Positions 1 through 13,263 of a stretch of DNA of 64,000 nucleotides are shown here, one piece after another (the stretch's first letter is position 1; the number at the start of each line of letters is the position of its first letter). The DNA is from Lama glama (taxonomy: Eukaryota). The notes beneath the pieces are model-generated. The model saw only the letters and a list, made by a program, of their open reading frames with translations, was not told the DNA's origin and did no database searches. The stretch covers positions 64,420,001 through 64,484,000 of the forward strand of contig CM052816.1 in the NCBI GenBank assembly GCA_028534125.1, in the 5' to 3' direction. A program made the translations under genes and the position numbers.

Positions 1-444
1 GGAGTTTGTAGCAGGGAAGAGGGGACAGACTAGTGGACAATGGCTGCCTACCCAGCACCCATTCCTTCCTTCTTCCTAGCAGAAGCCTAACACTACACTA
101 TTTTGAATCCCCTCCTTCACCTGTCCTACACACACATACACACACATACACACAGAGCCTGTTTTAGGGGTAGGGTACAGGGAGTGTGAAGACAGGAGCA
201 GAAAGAGAGAAAGAGTCAGAGCTGAGTTTAAGGTGAAGGGAGAAGGGCCTGCACTGAAAAGTTCATGTTGTTACTGGGAGGACTGGCTGTCCTATTCTGG
301 AGCTGAGCTGCAGGTGCTGCCAGGAGAGGAGCCACACAGGCCAATAACAGTGGAAAGAAAGTCAGTGTGTAGTCGTGGTTCATTCATGAACCACCAGAAG
401 TGGTTCAGTGTTCTTAATATTATACTGTATGAATAGATACAATT

Positions 445-1680
445 TATTTATTCGTGTAGTCAGTGGGCATCAGGGTTGTTTCTAGCCTCTTGAAATTGTG
501 TTTTTTGAGGGGAGGTGTTACTATACAGAACACTGTTAGAAACATCCCTAAGCAGGTCTCCTGGTACCTATGCGGATGCTCACATTTAAAAGATAACACC
601 AAATTGTTTTTCCTGTGATGGTACCTACTGACATTTCCATCAACAGTGTGTAAGTGTTCCATTTGCTCCATATCCTCACTCATGCTTCATTTCATAATAT
701 TTTTTGGTTTAAAAAAATCTAATGATTTCCAATGTTAGTATGAAATAAAATTTTTCTGATTACTGCATAAATAAAAGATAAAGGAATGAAGCATATTATC
801 ATGAATTTTGGTCATTTGTGTTTCCTGAAACATGAAAGCTTGTTCAACCTTTTTGCCCATTTTCATTTTGAGATATCTGTATTTTTTCTAACTGATGTTT
901 AGGGGTTATTTATATATTCTGAATAATAATCATTTGCCAGTTGTATTTGCTCCAAATATCTTCTTCCATTTTGTAATACACATTTTCACTTTTTAAATAG
1001 TGTCTCTTAACAAACAAATACTCCTCATTTTTATGTGGGCAGATTTGTCAATATTTTTTTCATGGTTAGTACTTGTTTGGTCTTTTTAGTATGTCCTTCT
1101 TTGCTCCCAAATCATAAAGATATATTCTTCTATTTTCTGCTAAAAATGTTAAAGTTTTGTTGTACACATTTAAGTTTAATTCACCTGAGATTCATTATGT
1201 ATACAGTGCAAGAAAGGGACCCAATTTCACTTGTTTTCCATATGTATAACCAAGTGTCCCTGGACAATTTATTGAATTTTCCTCTCTTTCTCCAATCATT
1301 GCAATGCTACCTCTGTTGCATATTAAGTCTCCATATGTACAGGTCTGCTTTTGGGTTTTCTATTTTGTTCTATTGACAATTTGTTTAGTCCTGAACCAAT
1401 ATCAGTTTTTCTTATTTACTGTAACTTTATGAAAAAGTATGCTATCTGGAAAGGCAAATTTTCCAACCTTCTTCTGTAAGACTGCTTAGCTATTCTTAGG
1501 CTGTGTTCATCAATATACATTTACAATCGATTTGTCAAGTTCTTTGAAGACCTCTGTTGGGATTTTTATTGGAATTGCACTGAATTTATAGATCAATTTG
1601 ATGAAAATTGGCATCTTCATAATACTGAGTTTTCCTATCCTTTAAAACAATACATCTTCATTTATTTAGGTCTTTTAAAA
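445..1680 (-). mobile_element. Ancient L1M(E) fragment
   Basis: T-rich antisense L1 ORF2/3' sequence (ttgggatttttattggaattgcactgaatttatagatcaattt). Confidence 0.75.
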
Positions 1681-1689
1681 ATGTTTTTA

Positions 1690-3830
1690 TTCACTCAAAA
1701 TTCAACTGTTCTGTGCCAGACACTCCAAGGGGTAAAAATTCTTGCCCTAATGGAACATACATTCTGGCAGGGAGAAGACAATAGATTCAATAAATAAGTG
1801 AAAATAACAAATAAATAAAACAAATAAGTGAAAAACTAATAAGTGAAAGATCAGAAGGAAGCAAGGAAAACAGCCGCATGCCTATCTGGGGGAAGGCAGA
1901 GGGACAGCAAGTCTAGGCAGTTTCATACAGGAGTCTGGGGTGGCTGGGGTGAAGACAACAAAGGCAAGGGTTGTAGGAGATGAGGTCAGAAAGGAGACAG
2001 GGACTCATTCACATGCATCAGAGTGATGCTGGGCTGATGACCAGAGGAGGGACGTGATCTGACTATGCATGACAAGACTGCCCTGGCTGCTATGAAACAG
2101 TAAGGAAGCAAGCAGGGAGGAAGCAGGGAGGCCACATATGAGTCTGCTACAATAATTCAGATAAGCTGTGATGATGGCTTGGACCAGAGTCATGGCAAGG
2201 GGCTGGTGAGAAGTAGCACCAAGAGGATTTGCTGATGAACTAGATGTAAGGTGGGAGAAGATCCAAGGATGAGTGAATCCAAGAGATATGCCTAAGCAAC
2301 AGGAAAGACACTTACCATTTACCAAGACGGGGAAGAACAGGTTGGAGAGAGACTGTCAGGAGATCAACACTGGACATAATAAGTTTGAGATTTCTACTAG
2401 AGAGCTCAGAGGAGGTGCTTTGTGGCCTGCTAGATACAGAAGACTGGAGTTCAGAAGGGAGACTCCAACTGAAGTTATATATTTGGAAGTCACCGGACTT
2501 ATCAGTCAGGATCCCAACAGAAAATATTGGCATATGCAAATAAGGAATATTTAAGGGGGGTTTATTTACAGAGGGACTATTTTTAGAGGTGGGCATTTAG
2601 GGAAGCCCTAGGAATCATGGAAAACTCTGGGTGTTCCAAATACCAAAAGAAAAGGAATCCACGGGCTATAGAAACTGGGAAACAATTGGGTAGGGAAGGG
2701 GGTCTTGAGAGGAGACATCTTTAGTTAAGAGTCCTTACCCAGAAGGAGCAGAGAGAATAAATACTCCAACATTACTTTTCTCTCTCCCCTTAATATCCTG
2801 CCATTACACACCATTGTTTACAAGCAAACAGAAGCCAGAAGGCATGGAGGCCTGTTGATAAAGCATATACAAGCCAATCTCCTAAGACAAAGAAGAAGAT
2901 GGAGAAAGACGGAGAATAGCTCTAGAGGGAAGGAAAAGATACTTGAAGCAAGCAGATAAGATGGTATTTAAAGTGATGAGACTGAACAAGATGACTAGGG
3001 AATGCAGGTAGACAGAATAGAGGAGAGATCCAAGGACTGGGCTCTGAAATATTCCAATTCTTAGAAGCCGGATAGATAAGAAAGAGTCAGCAAAGGGGAC
3101 TAAGAAGCAGTGACCAAAAAAAAAAAAAAAAAAAAAAAAAAAATTCTAGGAGAGTATGGGGTCTTAGAAGTCAAGTGGAAGTTATTTTAAGGAGAAAGTA
3201 TCACATGCTGCTGTTAGGTCCAATAAGTTGAGGGCTGAGAACTGACCACTGGATATGGCCAAGCAGAGGCCACTGGTGGGCTTGACAAGAGCAGTAGTAA
3301 TGGGAGAGGGACCTCACTGAAGTGGGTCTAAGTGAAACTCAAAGGACTGAGAATAGACGACACTCTCAGGGAATTTTGCTATAAATTATAAATTATACAT
3401 AAAGGGGTTAAGGGAAATGGGTGGTTGCTGGAAGGGAAAGTGGGTAGGTTTTTGTTTTTAAGATGAGAGGAAATAATAGCATATCTGTATACTAATAGGA
3501 AGGACTCCAGTATAAAGTGGAAACAATGGATAATGCAGGAGAGAAGCAAATTGCTAGAGCAATGCCCTGGAATAGATAAGAAGGAATGGGGCCTGGTGCA
3601 TAAAGAGAGGGCTTGGGTTTAGTCAAAGCTTGGGGAGTTCATCTATAGGAACAGGAAGGACTATAAGCGTGTGGGTGCAGATGTTAGTGGGGGAGCAGAT
3701 GTGGTGGGTGGTTCATGGGAGGTTATAGTTTTCCTTTGATTGCTTCATTTTTCTCAGTGCATAGAAATTAAGATCATCAGCTGATACAATCTGGGAGAAG
3801 CTGGCATTTTGCAAAGAGAAAAAATGTCAA
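1690..3830 (-). mobile_element. L2 element, interrupted by an LTR-like insert (~2495-2940) and a poly(A) tract (~3116-3142)
   Basis: Purine-rich antisense L2 signature (gtaggagatgaggtcaga, ggacataataagtttgaga, gagaactgaccactggat). Confidence 0.75.
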
Positions 3831-4459
3831 GTAGTCAACAAACTTAGTATTCATCAAAATTTTTGCTTACAAAAGTAATTTTGAAAAATGATGTCTTCTT
3901 GTATATTTCAAGGTGACATCTAGAATTTTTTATCATAAATTTAAATCATTGCAAAGGATATAAATTCACTTATATAACTAGTTGGGAAGAGGAGTTTTGT
4001 TAAAACAAGTTACGGAATTTTTGAAACGTCTGAGTTATTTATCAAAATCTCAAAGAATTATTTTTATGAATAATTTGTATCTATTATCAAAAATTATTTT
4101 TAATGATCTGTCAGCTGACAACTCAATTAGCTCTTGTTCAGTTTAATTAAAAGTGAAGAATTGGAAAATAACTGAGTTATAATAATCAATATTACCCAAT
4201 AATGAGTTATTCATTTTCTCAACACATACAACAATATTTCAAATGATTACTTCATCTGATTTCTACCCACTAGGGCCATGCACCATAGCAAGTTTCATAT
4301 TAGATGAGATGCATGATTAAAAATTTTTTTCATACAAAGGAAAAGGGCAAATGTGAAAGGGGACCCCGCCCCAGACATTCTTAGGCAAATTAGTTTGAGG
4401 AAAGAATATACATACAAAGTGACTCCCCTATCCACATGTTTCTTCAGACATATGAAGAT

Positions 4460-5150
4460 GTCTACTTTTTTTAAAGTGTAGTAAAATACACATAATATAA
4501 AATTCACTATTTTAACCATTTTGTAGTGTAAAATCAGTAGCATTAAGAACATTTACACTGTTGTGCAACCATCAACTACTATCCGTCTCTAGTACTTTTT
4601 TACTTTCCCAAACTGAAATTCTGTACCTGTCAAACAACAATTTCCCATTCCTCCCACACTCTGTTAGGTTCATCAATTTCCAAATTCTTCATAAAAGAAA
4701 ATCTTTTGAAATGTTTTCCAACTGTTTGTTGCTAGAGTGCACAAATAAAATGGGTTTTAATATATTGATCATATTATCAAATCAGCCTGAAAAAAACTCT
4801 CTTATCCCAATACTTTGCTTTGGGCTCTCTTGCTAGTGGTCATATCCTCCATAAACATTATCAGTCATGCTTCCTGTTTTTCAATCTTTATGCTTTTGTT
4901 TCTTTTTCATGTCTTGCTGTGTTGGCTAGTAACTCCAATATAATATTAAATATAGTAGTGGTGATAATGTCTACATTAGCTTATGACTAATTTTAAATGG
5001 AATTCTTTTAACATTTTATCATTAAAAAGATGTTTACTCCAGGCTTTTGGTAGGTATTCTTTGTGGATTATATTTATGTGTTTTTTATATTAAATGACTT
5101 GTCTATTTCTTGGATAATCTCAACTTGGTCATGATGTAATATATTTTTAT
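4460..5150 (-). mobile_element. L1M fragments
   Basis: L1MB-type 3' end (aaattcactattttaacc...ttgtgcaaccatca) and a diverged ORF2 piece. Confidence 0.6.
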
Positions 5151-6695
5151 GTGACTGGAGTCTTTAATATTCACAGTCTAAGGAGACAGGGTTTATTATG
5201 ACCATTTTACAGACAAGAAACTGAGACTTGGAGAAGAACATAATACACATAAGATTTATACCCAGCAGGTGGCAGAACAGGGATTCAAACTCAGGTCTGT
5301 TTGATTCTAAACTTATACTCTTTCCATCAGCTATTCTCCTTGAGGGCAGAGACCAGGTATTTTTACTGTGTCTCAAATGCTCTGGGCAGTGCTGAGTTCA
5401 TGGTACCCATCTAAGAAATTTGTTGAATGAATAATGAATAGATGCTTCAGGACTCTATAAATTCTTCACAGATTCCTTAGCTGGAAAAAAAAATTTAATA
5501 ACACTTTCCTCATTTTAGGTATTGGTCACAAAATGATGTTAAATGCAGACAGAAGAAAGATCTATAGAAGTGAATCTAAAAGATAATCTCAGTAGTTCTT
5601 TATTAATACAGTTCTTTAAATTCTTCATCACATTGCAATGAATTTAAAAGGAGCCAATAGGAGACAAAAGTAATGAAATCAAGAGAAAGTCTCTTAAAAT
5701 GTAGAATCTCTCTTGGTCAATGTTTTTAACTAGTATGTTCATACTCAGGACCAAAGAAATCAAAACCATCAATGGTCAAGTCTTCATTGAAACTTCTTCA
5801 TTTCTTCAGCCCAAAAAAGTGGTATTTCTTGGGCAGACATGTTCTAGAGAGACTGGGAATAAGCTTCTCCACTTAGAAAAAGAAGAGCATGCAAAGGCAT
5901 ATCTGAGCATGGTGTTAGGCAGTGAAACCAGGTCACAAAGACTCTGGGTGGGGGAATCCCCCTCCATCCTGCAAGACCCTAGGACCAGCCTCTGGGGCAT
6001 AAACAAGGGCAAGAGACTCCCTACATAACACATTTGCCAAAATAGGATGAAGGAGTCAATAGTTGTAGCCAAAATAATATTTCACAGCTTGTCGAAAAAC
6101 AGGCAGGAAAAACTACACTGTCACCTCTTCTGGGAAAAGCAAAAATAAAGTTGTATTTCAACCCTAATTTTCCACCTTGTGGGCAAAAATAAAAGGAAAA
6201 TTACTTCTGGGCAATACTGCACATATTATAGAATAATAAGCTGTTTTAGGCAGTTGAGCAAGAAGCAGAGCAACCAATGTTCTTCTCTCTAGAAAAGAAT
6301 AATGCAGTGAGTTTCTTAAAGTAAACCTTAAAAAGAAATGCTGTCTCCAAAAGGAGATACAATGAATACACCATGAAGGGCCATCTAAGAGTGCCACACA
6401 CCTCTACTGAAGAGACAGCGTGACACTTGGGAATAAAATGGAGCGTAGCATTTGGGAGGATGGTCTGAGTCACATACAGCTCTACTGCTGACTTATGGAC
6501 TGGTCAACTTGAACTTATTTCACGTCAGTTCTCTTCTTTCCTTCCTTCCTTCCTTTCTTGATTTCTTCCTTCCTTCTGCCACTCTCTCCTTCTTATGTGT
6601 TTAAATGTTGATGTGTTGAAAAAATCCAACAAATTTTTCTGTAAAGCTGTTATTAAGATAGTCCCAAACACTGTCAGCTTTCAAGACTGGCTTCT

Positions 6696-7570
6696 TTTTT
6701 TTAAAATTTTCTTTGTTAATATAATCTAGAATGATAGTCATGACATGGAAACAGCCTAAATGCCCATCAACAGATGACTGGATAAAGAAGATGTGGTACA
6801 TTTATACAATGGAATACTATTCAGCCATAAAAACTGACAACATAACACCATTTGCAGCAACATGGATGTTCCTGGAGAATGTCATTCTAAGTAAAGTAAG
6901 CCAGAAAGAGAAAGAAAAATACCATATAGATCGCTCATATGTGGAATCTAAAAAAAACACCAAAACATAAATAGAATGATAGTCAAATAACTTTTCAAAT
7001 GTAAATTTAAAATTTTTGATTTATGATGTTGTATTATTTTCTGGTGTATAGTATAGTGACTCAGATATATATATCTGAAAAAAAAAGATATATATATATA
7101 TCTAACTATCTTTTTCATTCAGATTAATGGAAGTCACTGAATATAGGTCCCTGTGCCTTGTTGTTTACCTATTCTGTGCATAGTAGTTTGCATCAGCCAA
7201 TCCCAAACTCCCAGTTTACCTCTCCTTCCTCTCTTCCTCCCCTGGTAACCATAGTTTGTTTTCTATGTCTATGAGTCTCTTTCTGTACTGTAAATAAGTT
7301 TGTTTGTGTCATTTTTTTTTTAGATTACACATATTAGTGGTATCATTGACTGTCTTTCTCTGACTGCTTACTTCACTTAGTATGATAATCTCTACGTCCA
7401 TCCATGTTGCTGCAAATGACATCATTTCATTCCTTTTTATGACTGAGTAGTGTTTCATTGTACATATATATCACATTTTCTTTATCTATTCATCTGTTGA
7501 TGAACATTTAGGTTGCTTTCATGTCTTGGCTATTGTAAAAAGAGCTGCTCTGAACATTGGGGTGCAGGTC
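6696..7570 (-). mobile_element. 5'-truncated L1 (ORF2 end + 3'UTR) with 15-bp TSD, interrupted by a nested L1
   Basis: Perfect TSD TCAAGACTGGCTTCT at 6681-6695 and 7571-7585; poly(T) at the left end; TT|AGAA endonuclease-type site on the minus strand. Confidence 0.9.
6741..6971 (+). mobile_element. Young L1 fragment (ORF2 C-terminus) nested in the older L1
   Basis: Encodes TWKQPKCPSTDDWIKKMWYIYTMEYYSAIK...; direct repeat TAGAATGATAGTCA at 6727-6740 and 6972-6985. Confidence 0.92.
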
Positions 7571-7616
7571 TCAAGACTGGCTTCTAATTGCACAGATGTG
7601 GCCTTCTCCGTGTCTC

Positions 7617-8247
7617 TGTGTTGACAGAATTCTAAGATAGTCACCAAGATTTCTGCCCCTAGTGTATGTGTCCTATATAATCCCTTCCTACTGAGTGTGA
7701 GAGAAACCTGTAAAAATAATGGGATATCATTCCCATAATCTTGTTGTATGGTAGAGGGATTTACAGATGTAATTAAGATGCCTAATTAGTTGACTTTGAG
7801 TTTATCGAAAGAGTGCGCCTGACCTAACCAGAAGAGCCCTTAAAAGAGATCAGAGGGATTCTAAGTGACATAGATTTTTCCTGCTGGCCTTGAAGAAGTG
7901 AACAACCATGTTGTGAATTGTTTACAGAGGAGGCCGTGTGGCAAGGACCTGATGGTTATCTCTAGGAACTGAGAGTGGTCCCTGACCAACAGCCAGCAAG
8001 AAGCTGGGGACTTCACTCCAACAAATCCAAGGAACTTAATTCTACCAACAACTAGTGAGATTGGAAGAGGAACCTAAGTCTCAGATGGGATTGAGTGCTT
8101 GTTGACACCTTGATTTCAGCCTGATGAGATCCTGAGTAGAACATCTAGCTAACCCAAACCCAGACTTCTGATCCTTGGAAACTATGAGATAATGAATACA
8201 TATTGTTTTAAGCCACTAAGTTTGTGCAGCAATAGAAAACTTATAAC
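7617..8247 (+). mobile_element. MLT1E-like MaLR solo LTR
   Basis: Starts tgtgttgacagaattctaagat, ends ttttaagccactaagtttg...gcagcaatagaaaac. Confidence 0.8.
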
Positions 8248-8379
8248 TCTATCCTTGAGGCTTAAAGTTTAATGACAGAATCCCTAATCTGAGGTTTTCA
8301 GGTGTGGTGAGGGTTTATTTAACGTGGGAAAAGAAGTTAATGAGCTCCTTCATTGGCTAGAAAAAGTTGTCTCTATTGT

Positions 8380-8760
8380 TTTAGTTGAGGGCATGTTATA
8401 GTCATTCCTGCTGTTCACCAAGTGTTTCCAGCTCTCCCTCCTCCAGACCCATGACAGCCCTGTACTATCTATCTCCTTGGTGCAATCCTTGTTAGATGGA
8501 CCATATGCATCATGCTTGTCAATGTGTATCACTTCTGGGCCAGGGCACTTGGCCAACGCAGAACTCCCCAGAGCTCCCTTTCCCTCTGTTCTAGTCACAA
8601 CAATGCTTCCAACAGCCTGGGTGGGTCCTAGAGTGAGGTTCCAAGGGCAGAGCCTATCTTGCTGACCCATGATTTAATTGGTAGAGTGAAAAATAAATCT
8701 TATTTGAAGACACTGCAACTTTACAGCTGCTTGTTACTGCAACACAACTTAGTCCATGCT
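8380..8760 (+). mobile_element. Old MLT1 (J/K-like) LTR fragment
   Basis: 3' motif gtgaaaaataaatct...ttgttactgcaacacaacttag. Confidence 0.5.
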
Positions 8761-11700
8761 CTCACATGGGGAATTACTGAACTACACAGCCAAAATGAAC
8801 AGCCAGAGACTCAGACATGAGAAGATAAGAAGACAGGAGGACACACAACTTCTTACATGTTTTCACTTGCCTACATTATTTCCAGTCCTTGTTGCAAACA
8901 AGGAAAACAAAAAATAAAACAAAAACTGCCCTAAGTAAGTGTAAGTAGAAAAGAAAAACATGAGAATATCAACCACCTCTCATCTATGTTGAAAACGATG
9001 AGGAGCACAGGATCCACTGAAGTCTGAGAAGGCAGACCCAGTGAAGCGGCTGCCTCTTTACTTTGTGGAGGGGAAAGTGAGGGAAGCTCTTCTTGGACAA
9101 CTCTTCTTAGACAAATGCCATCATCAGTCTTTGGGGTTTCCATCTTCCCTTAATTTTGAGAGCCTAAAGGGCAGAGTCTCCATACCTTGCTCAGCAAGAC
9201 CATCAAAAGATAATTTAAAAGGAGTGTATGTACCCAGCAGAAAGAAACAATATAAACAAAAGGTCTGATTTTAAAAAGTGCTACAATAGGAAAAAAAAAA
9301 AGAGATGGGCAGTACAACTCTGTTTTTAAAAGGGAGAGAGAGAGATATAGCATCATGTTAGCAGAGAGATGTGTGTTAAATGATCGGGTTTGATCAGTTT
9401 TAAGGTCCTTTTGAAAACCATTCAGATGGTTTCTGTAGCAAACACTAAACTTAGATCTTAAAGATAGAGGTTCTGGTGAGATGTTCTTTGGGAAATTAAC
9501 AGAAATTCCATTCTAGCAGATTTGGATTTTGAAGATAAAAATACCACTCGCTCTGTGAAGAGTGGGATACTTAAAGCAGGCATGTATAAATTAAGCTCAT
9601 CCTGTGCATATCTTTTCAAAGTGTTATTCTGTTCAGACCACATCAGTAATGTATAGCCAAGGAAACGGACTGAGTAATGAAAGAGATCTCTTGACTCCAG
9701 CACCCAGAGACTCTTGACCAATTATTAGAGAAGTAACTAGATAATACTTCTCAGAGTTAAATTTGATCAAAAAGATACATCACCAAGAACTGGAGCTAGA
9801 CACTACTACCTGTGGAACAGTTTTCAATTTAAATATATTAGCTATGTCTACATAGTAAGAGGAAATGGAACACTGAGATAATGATTGGGTAATTTGGGCT
9901 ATAAGTTTATATTTACAATGAAAACATACAGCAATTGTGACAAAATAGGTTGTTAAATTGAATCACCTAAGATAATTGCTTCAATTCCCTTATCCCACCT
10001 TTATTTTTTTTTTTAATAGATGTGTAGTCATAGCCTTTAGGAGAGATAAAGATATTGTGGGTACCTGGTGTTGGACTTACATGCCAAGGGACACACTCCA
10101 ACTGATAGTTCAAAAGTTATTCTAGGTGCAAAATTGTTGTCTGCTAGTCATATGCTCTTCTCACTCCAGTGCTAGGTGATGTTACCAGCATATGGCTCCC
10201 TAGGCAAGCTGTTTGCTATACTTGTTAGGTTCTATCTATATTTCCTTGGACCCGTGCAATGACGTCATCTGGATGATGAGAACAAAACACAGCATTCTCT
10301 TGAAAGGAACGTCTTTCCGCTCTCACAACACAGAGATATATTTAATGTACAATTAAATGTAAATAAATGCATCAGATTTAGCAAACCAAAGATATACTAA
10401 ATCAGGCCATTGCTGGCCTTCCATGCTTCACCTGAAATTGTAAAAAGGCGGCACAAGAGGTAGTTTGGGTCTTTAGAAAGAATCCCTTCCTTTCTAGAGC
10501 CAGTTATCCCCCTTGGTTTCTCAGCTTTTCTTCTAAATAGCAATGTTGATGCTTTATTAGTTAATCAATAAGACATGATACAGAGTATGGTTATCATAAA
10601 ATAATCATACCCTGGAGCATTTTGAGGCATGAGCCACTTGCCTCTAATCAGATTGGGTTGAGATTACCTCTGGATAACCACACTCTGGGGAACTGTCTCA
10701 TTTCTATTAAGAGTACATTTTATAATAGGGAAAATGTACATTCCTGTAAGGGGAAAACGAAGTTGGCAGCTTATACCTAGCAATCATTTCAGTTGAGCCA
10801 AGAAACACTCCTCGTTTTTGAACAAAGTCAAACTATGCTTCGTCTATTCAAGCAACGTCAGAGAAAAGAGGCAGCTCACATGCCGTGTGGGTAATGCGAT
10901 ACAATAGAGACTGTATTTTACTTTGGCATTGCAAGCTCCAAATTATACGCAAACATTCAAAAAGGGCATTTGAAACTTGGCATGCATGTTTATAAATGGC
11001 ACATTCTGAATCTGGAGTGGGTTTAGGTGTCTAGGTTACAATAACAGATGATCTCCAATGTAAAAATGGAACAAAGCCTTTCTTTAACTTCCTACAGAGA
11101 AAGATGTTCATTTCTGCTTCAATTATAATACCAGGCACACTGGAGATTCCGCTAAGAGCAATTTCTCTCTGTTTCTCCTTATCCTGACCAGCCAAAAATT
11201 TTAATCAAATTACATATATTGGAAAGTTAAAGACAGAAAAGCCCAGTGAGCCATGAAATACACTTTACAACAGCGTGCACAGCACTTACCCTACTGGTTT
11301 AGATGAATAGAAAAATCCATTTAAAATGTTAGATGAACACACAGCAGAGACGATTATAAATTCTTAGAGTTGTAGGTTTTAATCCCATTTTTTATGCATA
11401 GTTTTATATCCAGGAATTTTAAACATGGGATAAATGATAAAAAAAAAAGATGGTGAAAGAACTTACATGAATTGTTCTATGATGGGAGTAAATAATTGTA
11501 ACTAATAATGAAATTGAGATACAAGAAAGTTGGACAGGATTATTGCCATATTGATAGAATCAGATGATATTCTTTGTGTTTTTTAGCTATATGGGTGTCA
11601 AAACAGAAACAAAATTATTTCAGGTTGGTCTTTTGAATGGAAGGAGAGAAGGTGGACACAATCCTGGGACAACAGAAAGACAGTCTCATCTATGGGTTGT

Positions 11701-12707
11701 AACAGTAGAATTAAATTTAGCTTCTATAGGGCAACACTGCATTTGATTAAACATACCCCTTTTCAATGCTGGTTATTTCAAGAGCCTCAGAATACCTGTC
11801 TTGGGTCCAAAAAATTGCTTAATGCTTCCTACTATTTCATCAGAATTGTACTTGATTTCCACAAAACAGCTAGGGCAACTGGGCTCCTGGCTTGACAGAA
11901 ATGAGAACTGGCCAAAAAGAAACCACATAAGGATTTTCACTCATCATTAAAAATTCAACTCACAGAACCAGATGAAAGAGTCAATTTTTAATTATTCAGA
12001 GAGCAGAAAGGCTCCCTACCTCAGATTTCCCCAGGTTGGTAGATTTCTCATGTTTTCTACTAAAAGTCTCATTTTGTTTTGCCCAGAAGAGTCCAAAAAC
12101 AGCCTAAATGCTACCTCACACATCCCAGAATGAAAGTCAATTGAGGGCCCTGCAGACAGAGCTAGACTGAAAAAGGCCTGGGGACACTCCTTCTCCTCTA
12201 GAAGCAGTGACTCCTGGTCCAGTCCTGCCCCTGACTGCTGTGGGAGTTCTCAGAGGCCTGGACCTAACACTCCTCTTCCACCACTTGAACACCCCTGCCC
12301 ATTAATTTCCTACCACCTCGACTCCGACGTTACCACCGAACCACAACGGTTTTCTCTAAGGTCACTGCATAGTCAAATGAGTAGCTTCCCCAACGTTCTC
12401 CTTGAACGCTGCCACATTCTCTTCTACTAATCACCAGGCTCTTGAAACTCCTTCCTGCTTATGTGACAGTTCATTATGAGTTCCTCTCCTACGTTCTGCT
12501 CATCTTCCTCTATTTTGCTAGGTCCCTTTCCTTTCCTAGATAGTAAACATTTTCACAAAACCAAGAGTGTTTTTGTCCTTTTGCTTACCTCTCTGGGTAA
12601 TAAACCCTCTCTCATGGTATCAACTGTGTCAGACCCACAAGTCCCACTTTGACTTTTCACCTATCACTAGATTCTTGTCTCCTACTGACACTCAAATTTG
12701 AAAGGAT

Positions 12708-13263
12708 TGAGCTGCAGAATTTCAAGGTGACTCCCTTTGATTCCCATCCCTTGGTATCCATACATTTGCATCATACCCTCCCCTTCAGTGCAGGTAGAGC
12801 CTGTTACTTGAGTCTAGCCAACAGAATATGGCAAAGGTGAAAAGAGTGAGCAGATGTAACTAAGGTCCCTAATCAGTTGACTTTGAGTTCATCAAAATGG
12901 AAATTACACTACATGGACCTGACCTAAAAGAGGGTGCAGGCTCTCCTTGAAAGAAGAAATGTTAAGCAAGAGACACTCCCCTGTTGACTTGGAAGAAGCA
13001 AACAACCATGTAGTGAACTGTTTAGGGAGAGGACAGCCTATAATTGCAAGGAACTGAATTCTATCAATAGTCTGAATGTGCTTGGAAGAGGACTCAAGCT
13101 CCGTATGAAAACATCATCCCTGGCTGACACCTTGATTGCACCCTATAGGACCCTGAGCAGAGGACCTAGTTAAACTCTGCCCAGATGCTGACCCACAGAA
13201 ATTGTGTATTGTTTTAATCCACTAGTTAGTGGTAATTTGTTTTGCAGCAATAGAAAACTAAAT
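12708..13263 (+). mobile_element. MLT1E/F-like MaLR solo LTR
   Basis: aaggtccctaatcagttgactttgag ... tggtaatttgttttgcagcaatagaaaac. Confidence 0.8.

Noticed and set aside
7617..13263. Two co-oriented MLT1 LTRs 5 kb apart as one provirus
   Set aside because: They differ in structure, no shared TSD was seen, and the interior is not MaLR/ERV internal sequence.
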